Source: Candidatus Blautia pullicola
GTDB taxonomy: Bacteria; Bacillota; Clostridia; Lachnospirales; Lachnospiraceae
DNA length: 56,014 nt
Assembly: GCA_019116635.1 (NCBI GenBank)
Contig: DXBG01000030.1
Location: 1 to 56,014 of the forward strand
Direction: 5' to 3'
Numbering within the stretch: position 1 is the stretch's first letter; each line of letters begins with the position of its first letter. Shown piece by piece: positions 18,433 to 27,407 of the stretch. The notes below the pieces were generated by a model, which was given only the letters and a program-made list of their open reading frames with translations, was not told the DNA's origin and did not search any database. The position numbers were made by a program, and so were the translations under genes.

Positions 18433-18483
18433 TTGAAAAATAGGAAAATCATGGGTATACTTATTTCGATATTAAAAATAAAT
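18433..18483 (+). promoter_or_regulatory. SigmaA promoter P2 with overlapping ROK operator 3
   Basis: TTGAAA(18433)-17 bp-TATACT(18456); operator ACTTATTTCGATATTAAAAATAAAT at 18459-18483. Confidence 0.7.
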
Positions 18484-18494
18484 AGGTGGTAAAT

Positions 18495-19547
18495 ATGGCT
18501 AAAAAATCTTTGAAAGATGTAAAATTAAATAATGTTGCTCAGGTAATGGGGTGTGTCATGGATTGGGAACCGGTTTCCAGAATCGAGATTTCTGAGAGAA
18601 GCGGTCTCGCTCCAAGTACAGTGAGCCAGGCAATTTCATTGCTGATGAAAAAAGGAGTGGTTGAGGAAACAAAAGAAGGAGAATCTACAGGGGGAAGAAA
18701 ACCTATTTTACTGCGGATAAAGCCGGATTATGGGTGTGTGGTCACCCTGGCTGTGAAACGAGACGGTGTAATTGCCAGTGTATATGATTTATGCGGACAG
18801 CTTCTGCAGACAAAGGAACTGGCCAGTAAGATGCTTGCCGGTAACCGGCTTCTGGATGTTCTCTGCAGATATGTAAAGAGTATCCAGAAGGGGGAAGAAG
18901 GCATTCCAGCCAGAATCACAGGGGTGGGGCTGCTTTGCCAGGATGATATTCCGGAATATGATTTGATGACAGAATTCACAACATCTTTGTCCTCAGACGT
19001 ACTCCGTATGGAGACTGCATTGGCGGCCAGCTGTGATGTCCGGGTGAAAAAGGAGCTTTTAAACCGTTATAGTTTAGACTATTATTTAAGGACTGTGGAT
19101 GCAGAGTATAAGAATTATGCATACATAAATCTGGGAGAGAGGATTACAGCCAGCTTTGTTTTAAATAAGACCTTGGTGAAAAGCGCAGATGATACGGTTT
19201 TCGACATAAGCTCGGCTGTGCTTACAGGGAACTATGCGGGAGCAGAAAGCGGGGCTTCCAGAAGCATTATGCTGGCTCAGGAGCTTGCCCTGAAAAAGCT
19301 TTCCCCTGAGATATTATCAGAAAAGCTTTCGCAGGTAATTAAAAGTGCGCTGCTGTTTTTCCCTGTCCGTGATGTATTCATCGGAGGGCAGGCGGAACAC
19401 TTAGATAAGATAGTGGAAATGGTGGCGCAGAAGTTTCCTTTAAACCCGGTTATCAGAAAGCTGGGAGCAGAAAGGAAAGATATTGGAGGGGTGTTTGCAC
19501 ATCAGATTTGGATGGAAAACTATAAATATCTGGTAGAGACCTTTTAA
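18495..19547 (+). CDS. ROK family transcriptional repressor with a degenerate effector domain
   Basis: N-terminal wHTH (SRIEISERSGLAPSTVS..ESTGGRKP); C-terminal ROK-like fold lacking the canonical GxGIG/GEIGH motifs. Confidence 0.8.
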   Translation: MAKKSLKDVKLNNVAQVMGCVMDWEPVSRIEISERSGLAPSTVSQAISLLMKKGVVEETKEGESTGGRKPILLRIKPDYGCVVTLAVKRDGVIASVYDLCGQLLQTKELASKMLAGNRLLDVLCRYVKSIQKGEEGIPARITGVGLLCQDDIPEYDLMTEFTTSLSSDVLRMETALAASCDVRVKKELLNRYSLDYYLRTVDAEYKNYAYINLGERITASFVLNKTLVKSADDTVFDISSAVLTGNYAGAESGASRSIMLAQELALKKLSPEILSEKLSQVIKSALLFFPVRDVFIGGQAEHLDKIVEMVAQKFPLNPVIRKLGAERKDIGGVFAHQIWMENYKYLVETF

Positions 19548-19623
19548 AAAAAGGACATATATGTTTTCCTAAAGTATGAGGCAGACATCGGTATTGGCAA
19601 AAAACAATGAGAGGTGGACATAT

Positions 19624-20934
19624 ATGATACAAGGTATACTGATTTTACTGTTTATGTTGGTTGTAATGGGACTTATGGTTACCAGAAAAATGCCTACAGT
19701 GCTGGCACTTTTTGTCCTGGCAGTGGGAATCTGTGTGATTGGCGGCGTGCCGGTGATTGCCACAGATGCAGAGGGAAATGCCGCAGGCTTTTTACAGACT
19801 GTGATACAGGCGGGAGCCCTGAAATTAGGAGATGCCATTATGGTTGCTGTTTTTGCTGGATGGCTGGGCATGGTGATGGAAAAAACCAAAATCAGCGAAA
19901 CCATGATAAAGAAAGGGGCAGAATTAGGGGGAGATAAGACTCTGATAGTTACCCTGGTACTGTTTGTTGTGGCCTCCCTGCTTTTCACCACGGTAAATGG
20001 ACTGGGCACGGTAATCATGATAGGTACCATTGTGATTCCTATTTTGGTATCTGTAGGCGCAGACAAGTTTACTGCTACGGCTGTTATGCTGTTTGCCTAC
20101 TGCGTGGGCAATAATGCAAACCTGTCTAACGTAAATTCCATAGCAGCAGTTATCGGAGCAGATTTTGACGATGTATTTAAAATCTTAGCTATCTGTGCAG
20201 TAGCTGCTTTTGTTTCCGGAGTTATTTTCTGTGTAATCAGATATCGGAAAACAGGAAAGAAATATGCTTTTTCCGCTCCGGTGGAAGCGGAGGAAGAAGA
20301 ATTATACCAATTAAAAGGGGTGACGGGAGCCCTGGCCATGGTAACGCCTCTGATTCCGCTGGTCCTTGTTATTGGATTTAAGTTTCCTTTGATTTCTGCT
20401 TTTATGGTTTCAATTATATGGGCCTGTGTATTTACCAGTATTAAGGCAGGATGGAAAAGAACCATGAATATGCTGACCAAAACACTGTTTGACGGATTTT
20501 CGGCTACGGCTCCATCGGCTACCCTGATGATTGGAATCGGTATGCTGCTGCTGGCCATTAACCAGCCTTCAGTTACAGAATCTCTGTCTCCTTTGATGCG
20601 GGTGATTACACCCAGTTCAACCTTAACCTTTGTTTTATTCTTTGCTGTTTTGGCGCCTCTTTGCCTGTACAGGGGGCCTCTGAACCTGTGGGGATTAGGC
20701 GCAGGGATTGCTGCTTTAATGGTAAGCTTAAATGTACTTCCTATTAACGTGATAATGGGCGGCTTCTGTGCGGTCTCTACCATGCAGCTTCTTTGCTGTC
20801 CCACCAATACGCATAACGTGTGGGTATGCAGCTATACAGGAGAGGAAGTAACTTCTGTGACAAAAAGGCTTTTACCCTGGATATGGCCTGTTGTGATTTT
20901 GGGTATTCTTGTTACAGTGGTTCTTTATATGTAA
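19624..20934 (+). CDS. Secondary transporter, ion-transporter superfamily (GntP/CitM-like)
   Basis: About 12 hydrophobic segments with internal two-fold repeat character; ATG at 19624 behind GAGGTG. Confidence 0.7.
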   Translation: MIQGILILLFMLVVMGLMVTRKMPTVLALFVLAVGICVIGGVPVIATDAEGNAAGFLQTVIQAGALKLGDAIMVAVFAGWLGMVMEKTKISETMIKKGAELGGDKTLIVTLVLFVVASLLFTTVNGLGTVIMIGTIVIPILVSVGADKFTATAVMLFAYCVGNNANLSNVNSIAAVIGADFDDVFKILAICAVAAFVSGVIFCVIRYRKTGKKYAFSAPVEAEEEELYQLKGVTGALAMVTPLIPLVLVIGFKFPLISAFMVSIIWACVFTSIKAGWKRTMNMLTKTLFDGFSATAPSATLMIGIGMLLLAINQPSVTESLSPLMRVITPSSTLTFVLFFAVLAPLCLYRGPLNLWGLGAGIAALMVSLNVLPINVIMGGFCAVSTMQLLCCPTNTHNVWVCSYTGEEVTSVTKRLLPWIWPVVILGILVTVVLYM

Positions 20935-20970
20935 ATCCAGCGGATGACAGAATAGAAAAGGCAGGAAAGT

Positions 20971-23121
20971 ATGATGAAGGTTAGAATAGGTATAGACGTA
21001 GGCGGAACTTTTACTGATGCAGCCTTGATTGATAATGATACCTTTGAGCTAATCAGTACGGCAAAGGTTCCCACTACACATAAGGCAAAAACCGGAGTTG
21101 CAGAAGGTATTATCCAGGTTTTACAGGATATTATGGAAAAAAATTCTGTAAAGCCGGAGGATGTGGTTTTTATTTCCCACGGTACCACCCAGGCCACCAA
21201 CGCCCTTTTGGAAGGGGATGTGGTGAAGGTAGGTATCCTTACCATGGGAAAAGGACTGGAAGGCACAAAGTCCAAAAGCGACACCACTATGGGGGATATT
21301 CCTCTGACAGAAACAAAAGCTCTTCATTCAGAAAATGCTTTTGTGGAAACAGATACAAAATCTTTTGTAGAAGATATAAAAAAGCAGATAGATGTATTAG
21401 CAGAAAAAGAGTGCAAGGCAATTGTAGGAGCCGAGGCTTTTAGTGTAGACCATCCGGAAAATGAAGGAAAAGTGTTGGAATTATGCGGGAAGGCCGGGAT
21501 AGCGGCCACTGCTACTAATGAAATTTCCAAGCTGTACGGGCTGAAGGTCCGGACAAGGACAGCGGTTGTCAATGCCAGCATTATGCCCAAGATGTTAGAA
21601 GCCGCAAATATGACAGAGAAGAGTATTAAGAAAGCGGGAATCAAAACTCCTTTGATGGTCATGCGGTGCGACGGAGGCGTTATGACGGTTGACGAGGTGA
21701 GGAAAAGGCCCATACTGACCATTCTTTCCGGGCCGGCAGCAGGTGTGGCCGGAGCCTTGATGTATGAGAAGCTTACCAACGGCATCTTTTTGGAGGTAGG
21801 GGGAACCAGCACGGATATTTCCTGTGTAAAGGATGGAAAGGTAATGGTGAAATACGCCGAGGTAGGCGGACATAAGACCTACCTTACATCTCTGGATGTG
21901 CGTACCGTGGGAATCGGCGGCGGCAGTATGATAAGACTGGAAAAGGGGAAGCTGGCAGATGTAGGCCCCAGAAGCGTACATATAGCCGGACTGGACTATG
22001 AAGTATATACGGAGGACTCCCAGATAGAGGAGCCGGTGCTTACGACAATCCGGCCTATGCCCAATGACCCGGAATATGCATGTGTGAAATGCAAAAACGG
22101 CAGGATGTTTGCCTTGTCTCTGGCGGGAGCTGCCAATGTGGCAGGTTATGTAAAAGAAGAGGACTATGCCTACGGAAATAAAAAGGCTGCAGTAAAAGCC
22201 TGGAAAGCTCTGGCTGATACTATGGGCATGACTCCGGAGGAGGCGGCAAAGGAAGCTCTGCGGCTGTCTGCGGTAAAGAATGCCAAGGTTGTCCAGTCTC
22301 TGCTGGAGGATTACGGTATGGATAAAAGAAACACTGTGTTAGTAGGCGGAGGCGGCGGTGCTGCGGCAGTGGTTCCTCATTTGGCGGAAACTATGGAGGT
22401 AAAATGCAAGAACGCTAAGAACGGTTCTGTTATATCAACTATAGGTGTGGCCTTGGCTATGATTCGTGATACTGTAGAGAGAACCATTGCCAATCCTACA
22501 GAAAAGGATATACTGGCTGTCCGCAGAGAGGCAGAGGAAAGGGCTGTGAAATCGGGAGCCGCTCCGGAAACCGTTGAGGTTTCTGTGGAAGTAGATACCA
22601 CGAAAAATATGGTCCGGGCCATAGCTATAGGCACCACGGAGCTTCGCTCCAAGGATTTGACGAAACGAAAGCTTACCCAGGAAGAAATCAAAAAGAAAGT
22701 AGCAGAAAACTGGGGGGTTTCTGAGGAAATCCTTTATACAGCCGCAGAAAACGGTATGATGTATGCCATGCAGTATAAGCTGGAAAAGAAACGTTTCTTC
22801 GGTCTTTCCAGGAAGATAACCAAGCCCACCTCTGTGGTGGATGAAGAAGGGGTTATCCGTCTGCAGAAGCAGGACGGAAAAATCCACAGGTGTACCGGAG
22901 ACGGATGGGAAAAGGCTCTGAGCAGGGCTGTAGAGGAAATGACAGAGTATAATGACGGGGGTAAAACCCTGCCTAATACCTACATTATTTACGGGAAAAG
23001 AATCATTGACCTGTCCGGTATGATTGACGAGGAGCATTTAAAATCTTTGGCAAAGGTAGAGCTGTCTTTGGCCAGACCAGAGGATAAATTATTTATCTTG
23101 TGTTCTGCAAGAACAGATTAA
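20971..23121 (+). CDS. Hydantoinase/oxoprolinase family protein (A-type subunit, ATP-binding)
   Basis: IGIDVGGTFTDA, HGTT.ATNAL, SGPAAG, EVGGTSTDIS, GGGS motifs; C-terminal extension. Confidence 0.88.
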   Translation: MMKVRIGIDVGGTFTDAALIDNDTFELISTAKVPTTHKAKTGVAEGIIQVLQDIMEKNSVKPEDVVFISHGTTQATNALLEGDVVKVGILTMGKGLEGTKSKSDTTMGDIPLTETKALHSENAFVETDTKSFVEDIKKQIDVLAEKECKAIVGAEAFSVDHPENEGKVLELCGKAGIAATATNEISKLYGLKVRTRTAVVNASIMPKMLEAANMTEKSIKKAGIKTPLMVMRCDGGVMTVDEVRKRPILTILSGPAAGVAGALMYEKLTNGIFLEVGGTSTDISCVKDGKVMVKYAEVGGHKTYLTSLDVRTVGIGGGSMIRLEKGKLADVGPRSVHIAGLDYEVYTEDSQIEEPVLTTIRPMPNDPEYACVKCKNGRMFALSLAGAANVAGYVKEEDYAYGNKKAAVKAWKALADTMGMTPEEAAKEALRLSAVKNAKVVQSLLEDYGMDKRNTVLVGGGGGAAAVVPHLAETMEVKCKNAKNGSVISTIGVALAMIRDTVERTIANPTEKDILAVRREAEERAVKSGAAPETVEVSVEVDTTKNMVRAIAIGTTELRSKDLTKRKLTQEEIKKKVAENWGVSEEILYTAAENGMMYAMQYKLEKKRFFGLSRKITKPTSVVDEEGVIRLQKQDGKIHRCTGDGWEKALSRAVEEMTEYNDGGKTLPNTYIIYGKRIIDLSGMIDEEHLKSLAKVELSLARPEDKLFILCSARTD

Positions 23122-23137
23122 GAGATGTAATTGAGGG

Positions 23138-23698
23138 ATGTTTATGAATAGATTTCCGTTTCCTGACAGAGAGAACAGCATGCAGGAGCTGCTTTCTGAT
23201 TATGTATTTCCCAAAATAGAAAAAGATAAAATACAGGAAATGTTTGATACGGCATGGTCTATAGGAGAACAAGCGGCAGATGTATTTATCGGCCAATGGG
23301 GGCAGGAGGCCCCATTGTCGATGAGAGAGGTTCTGCAGCGCAGCGGGGTGAAAATCATAGAGAAAGATATAGACTATGTGGTAGGAAAGAGAAGGTATTT
23401 CTGTGAGTTTTTCTCCGGAACAAATGTTTTGAAAATATATGAAAAATCAGTGGATAAATGGCGGCTGGAAAATGGTTTTTCTTCCTATGAAGAGGGCCTT
23501 GAGGTTCTTTTATTTCATGAATACTTTCACTACCTGGAGTGGAACAGTCTGGGAATGACTTCCCGAAAGTTTCAGGTTCCGATTTTAAAGATAGGAAAAT
23601 GGAAAATCGGGAAAACGGGAATCCCCTCCCTCAGCGAAATAGGGGCAAATGCTTTTGCCAATAAATGCTTCCTGCAGTTTATGCAGCCGGGTGTTTAA
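23138..23698 (+). CDS. Hypothetical HExxH metalloprotein (ImmA/IrrE-like fold)
   Basis: FHEYFH plus downstream E..AN.FA motif. Confidence 0.6.
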   Translation: MFMNRFPFPDRENSMQELLSDYVFPKIEKDKIQEMFDTAWSIGEQAADVFIGQWGQEAPLSMREVLQRSGVKIIEKDIDYVVGKRRYFCEFFSGTNVLKIYEKSVDKWRLENGFSSYEEGLEVLLFHEYFHYLEWNSLGMTSRKFQVPILKIGKWKIGKTGIPSLSEIGANAFANKCFLQFMQPGV

Positions 23699-23717
23699 AG
23701 TAAAAAAGGAGAATGGT

Positions 23718-25088
23718 ATGGAGTACAGAAAAAATATAAATAGAGTTCTGCGTACGCAGGTTCTGGTAATCGGCGGAGGAGCCGCCGGATTTGGGGCGGC
23801 CGTAGCTTCAGCCAGAAATGGTGCTGACACCTTATTGATTGAGAAATCAGAAATGCTGGGCGGAATGGCCACTGCCGGATTAGTGGGGCCTTTTATGACT
23901 TGCTATGACGATGACGGCCAGGAGCAGATTGTAAAAGGGATTTTTGATGAATTGTGCCGGAGAACAGAGGAGAAACAGGGAGCCATTCATCCCTCTAAGG
24001 TGGAGGGAATGACTACTTACAGCTCTTATTACATCAGAAGCCACCGGCATGTCACCCCCTTCCTCTCTGAAATCCTGGAGATTGTCATGGAGGATATGGT
24101 AAAAGAGGCAGGGGTAAAGCTTTTATACAATGTTCAGCTCTGCGATGTGATGACAGAAGAAGGCAGGATTACAGGAGTGCTGGTCTCTATGAAGGAAGGG
24201 CTTGCCGTAATCCAGGCGGATACATATATTGACTGCACAGGTGATGCTGACGTGGCTTATTATGCAGGAGAAGAATGTGTAATGGGCGATGAAAGGGACA
24301 ACGTGATGCAGCCGGCTTCTCTTTTCTTTGAAGTAGGAAATATAGACAGAGATAAGTTTGTAGGCGCCTTGGAGGAGAAGAAGAAAGAAGGCAGATTGGG
24401 AATTCCGGGGGAAAACTGCTGGTCCTGGTACATTCAGGAGGCCAGGGAAAATGGTGACTGGACCATTGACCGGAAGGAAATCGGAAACTATGAACAGCCT
24501 GTGGAAGGCCGCTGGAAAATAAACACAACACGAATGGCTCATATAGACGCCACCAACACAGAAGATATTACTAACGGAATTATGGAGGGAAGAAAACAGG
24601 TACAGCAGATTCTGGCTTTTATGAAAAAATATGTGCCGGGCTGTGAAAAGATTCAGCTTCTGCAGGTGGCTTCCACTCTGGGGGTAAGAGAGACGAGACA
24701 TATTAAGGGACGCTATAAATTGACGGCACAGGATATACTGGAAAGAAAGCATTTTGAAGACGCCATATGTACCTTTGCTTACGCCATTGATATTCATAAC
24801 TCAGAAGGCGGAGGCGCTACCTTCAAAGAGGTAAATAAGTATTACACTATCCCCTTCCGGTGTCTGGTGCCGGCGGATATTAAAAATCTGCTGGTAGCCG
24901 GCCGGTGTATCAGCGGCACCTCTGAAGCGGCAGCCAGCTATCGTGTAATACCTTGCTGCATTGCAACAGGACAGGCAGCAGGCACTGCGGCGGCTATGGC
25001 CCTCCAGGAAGGCTGCATGGCGGGAGATGTAAATACAGAAAATTTGGTGCAGAGACTGAAAGAGCAGGATGTGGTGATTAAAGAGTAA
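23718..25088 (+). CDS. FAD-dependent oxidoreductase (FAD_oxidored / PF12831-like)
   Basis: VIGGGAAG, LGGMATAG, IDCTGDAD, RETRHI, NLLVAGRCIS, TGQAAG motifs. Confidence 0.88.
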   Translation: MEYRKNINRVLRTQVLVIGGGAAGFGAAVASARNGADTLLIEKSEMLGGMATAGLVGPFMTCYDDDGQEQIVKGIFDELCRRTEEKQGAIHPSKVEGMTTYSSYYIRSHRHVTPFLSEILEIVMEDMVKEAGVKLLYNVQLCDVMTEEGRITGVLVSMKEGLAVIQADTYIDCTGDADVAYYAGEECVMGDERDNVMQPASLFFEVGNIDRDKFVGALEEKKKEGRLGIPGENCWSWYIQEARENGDWTIDRKEIGNYEQPVEGRWKINTTRMAHIDATNTEDITNGIMEGRKQVQQILAFMKKYVPGCEKIQLLQVASTLGVRETRHIKGRYKLTAQDILERKHFEDAICTFAYAIDIHNSEGGGATFKEVNKYYTIPFRCLVPADIKNLLVAGRCISGTSEAAASYRVIPCCIATGQAAGTAAAMALQEGCMAGDVNTENLVQRLKEQDVVIKE

Positions 25089-25119
25089 GGGTGGTTTAAA
25101 AAATTATATTTAAAATACA

Positions 25120-25266
25120 GGGCTGCAGCATCAAGCATATATTAGAAGTATTTATACATTATATGAAAATTTGTCCGGGATAGCTTTGAGACTTTAGGCT
25201 CAAAGCTGCATAGACAGACCAATAAAGTGTATAAATATTCTTGAATTTTGCTTAATGCTGCAGCCC
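25120..25266. repeat. 147-bp fold-back (MITE-like) element between convergent genes
   Basis: 41-bp imperfect terminal inverted repeats (32 Watson-Crick pairs, 4 G-T, 5 mismatches); inner perfect stem AGCTTTGAG/CTCAAAGCT. Confidence 0.7.
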
Positions 25267-25294
25267 CGTTTGTTTGCAGCTCTAAATTAGTGTG

Positions 25295-25978
25295 CTAATT
25301 GCTGCTGCTGGGGAAATAGGGTCGTAGTACAGCGGCTACATTGGAAATTGGCATGGTCTGCAGCCATATGTGCCCGGGTCCGGTGATGACGGTATTGAAT
25401 AATCCTTCGCCGCCAAACAAGGCATTTTTTACTCCCGGAACGCTGCGGATTTCCATCTGGCATGAGGCGCTCATGGCAGCCAGGTATCCGGTATCAATGA
25501 CTATTTGCTGGCCGGGAGATAATTCATATTCTACAACGTGGCCGTCAAATTCTGCAAAGGCAGTGCCGAAGCCGGAAAGCTTCTGCAGGATAAAACCTTC
25601 ACCGCCAAAGAGGCCGGAAGACAGTTTCTTGTGAAAATGAACAGACAGGTCAACGCCGGCTTCTGAGGCCAGAAAAGCACTTTTCTGGAATATGTATTCA
25701 TTTCCCGGGCTAATCTGGAAGGCCTTAATAGAGCCGGGGAAGCTGGAAGCAAAAGCAATCATGCCGGGGCCTCCTTTTGCGGTGTAAATATTCTGGAACA
25801 TAGAATCCCCGGAGAAAAGTCTGCCGAAGGCTTTTCCTATACCTCCGTTTGTGGTAGTTTCCATAGACATATTGGGAGACATCCATGACATGGAGCCTTT
25901 TTCTGTAATCATTTTCTCCTCTGCATCCAATTCACAGATAACGACGGGCAGTGTGTCGCCCTGGATAGTGTACTTCAT
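25295..25978 (-). CDS. TIGR00266 / AIM24 family protein
   Basis: MKYTIQG start; FGGEGF, IDTGYL, FGGEGLFNTVITGPGHIWLQTMP motifs. Confidence 0.88.
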   Translation of the reverse strand: MKYTIQGDTLPVVICELDAEEKMITEKGSMSWMSPNMSMETTTNGGIGKAFGRLFSGDSMFQNIYTAKGGPGMIAFASSFPGSIKAFQISPGNEYIFQKSAFLASEAGVDLSVHFHKKLSSGLFGGEGFILQKLSGFGTAFAEFDGHVVEYELSPGQQIVIDTGYLAAMSASCQMEIRSVPGVKNALFGGEGLFNTVITGPGHIWLQTMPISNVAAVLRPYFPSSSN

Positions 25979-26102
25979 ATAAAACCTCCTTTGACTGCGG
26001 GAAAATCCCCTTTGTTGTTATAACTAGATTATAACCGAGAAAGGCGGGGGAGAAAAGAGAATTTGAAAGAATTTTGTTATTCTCTTCCCGGTTCATAAGC
26101 CC

Positions 26103-27389
26103 CTATTTTATCAATTCATACCCCAGATAATCCAGAAACAGTTCCGCATACATAGCGTTGGCCCAGGAAAACCATTCTCTGGTGTAGAGGCTGTCGTCAT
26201 CGCAGAAGAGGCTTTCGTGTATCATGTTTTTTCCGCCTGTGGTTGCGGCTATTTGCTCCAAAGCCTCCAGTTTTTCTTCTTTGGCAGCGGCAATCAGGCC
26301 CCGGACAGCCATGGCCAGAGGCCACACATAACCGAACCGTGTATGGGGACTGCCTATGCCGTCTGCTTTTTTTCCTTTGTAATAGTAAGGATTTCCCTCG
26401 CTTAATACAAAGCGCTTAGTGTTTTCGGCTGTTTCCGGGTCTTTGCAGTAGCCGAAATATTCCATGGACAGCAGTCCGGGAATACCCGCATCATCCATCA
26501 GGTTATACATGCCCCAGCCATCTGTCTCATAGGCGTAAATCAGACCGAATTCTTTTGTGAGAGCCTTGCCGTAAGTTTCGATACCATTCTCTACAGATTC
26601 TTTTAGCTCCAGTGCCCTTTGGGATAAGGCTGGGTTATGGAAAATTTCTTTTTCTATCTGAGCCAGGTAACCAAGGGCGACAGCGGCGAACATGTTAGCA
26701 GGTATCAGGTATCCGTAGGTACAGGCGTCGTCACTGGGCCGGAAGCCGGACCAGATAAGACCTGTACCGGACCTGCACAGAGAACCCTTTCCCTGTCGGG
26801 AAAGAGTCTCTGTGGGATAGGTATTTTTCCTGATAAAGCGATAGGCGGAATTTTCCTCATGGGCCTGTTCTCTCCGGAATAAATCTAAGATGATTTCAGC
26901 TCCCTTCTGAAATTGGGAGTCAAACTGAGCGGTACATCCTGTGTTCTTCCATAAGAGGTAGGATAACTGGATGGGATAACACAGGGAATCCAGCTCGAAT
27001 TTTCGCTCCCAAAGCCAGGGGTCAGGGTTTAAATCCTCTTTTTCATAGCAGGCGCCGCTGGGATTCAGGTTAAAGGCATTGGCATAAGGGTCAATGCCAA
27101 TATAGAAAAACTGTCTTTTGATAACGCCGCAGATAAGCTGCCGGATTTCCGGATGTTCTTTTGCGCAGTAGAGGTAAGGGCGCATCTGGGCGGCGGAATC
27201 CCTGAGCCACATGGCGGGAATATCTCCGGTGACAAGATATACGCTGCCGTCCTCCAGAGCAGTGGCTGCTGCGTCCAGAGTATCCTTGTAACAGTTTTCA
27301 AATATCTGATAAAGACGGGGCAGATTCTGGCTGCGGCCCTTTACCTGTTCTAAAAAGCTTTCTATGATAAGTGAATATGTTTGGGGCAT
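26103..27389 (-). CDS. Glycoside hydrolase family 125 (exo-alpha-1,6-mannosidase-like)
   Basis: TGDIPAMWLRDS, DPYANAF, WERKFELDSL, FRPSDD, GSPHT, REWFSWAN motifs. Confidence 0.92.
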   Translation of the reverse strand: MPQTYSLIIESFLEQVKGRSQNLPRLYQIFENCYKDTLDAAATALEDGSVYLVTGDIPAMWLRDSAAQMRPYLYCAKEHPEIRQLICGVIKRQFFYIGIDPYANAFNLNPSGACYEKEDLNPDPWLWERKFELDSLCYPIQLSYLLWKNTGCTAQFDSQFQKGAEIILDLFRREQAHEENSAYRFIRKNTYPTETLSRQGKGSLCRSGTGLIWSGFRPSDDACTYGYLIPANMFAAVALGYLAQIEKEIFHNPALSQRALELKESVENGIETYGKALTKEFGLIYAYETDGWGMYNLMDDAGIPGLLSMEYFGYCKDPETAENTKRFVLSEGNPYYYKGKKADGIGSPHTRFGYVWPLAMAVRGLIAAAKEEKLEALEQIAATTGGKNMIHESLFCDDDSLYTREWFSWANAMYAELFLDYLGYELIK

Positions 27390-27407
27390 ATGTGATTTCC
27401 TTTCTTT

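Noticed and set aside
20097-20807. 236-aa antisense ORF, plus similar ones at 12687, 15167, 22435, 24123, 30289 and 36618
   Set aside because: Shadows of well-supported genes on the opposite strand, with no recognisable motifs.
23138-23698. Prophage/ICE ImmA anti-repressor
   Set aside because: No adjacent XRE repressor, integrase or phage genes; it sits inside a metabolic operon.
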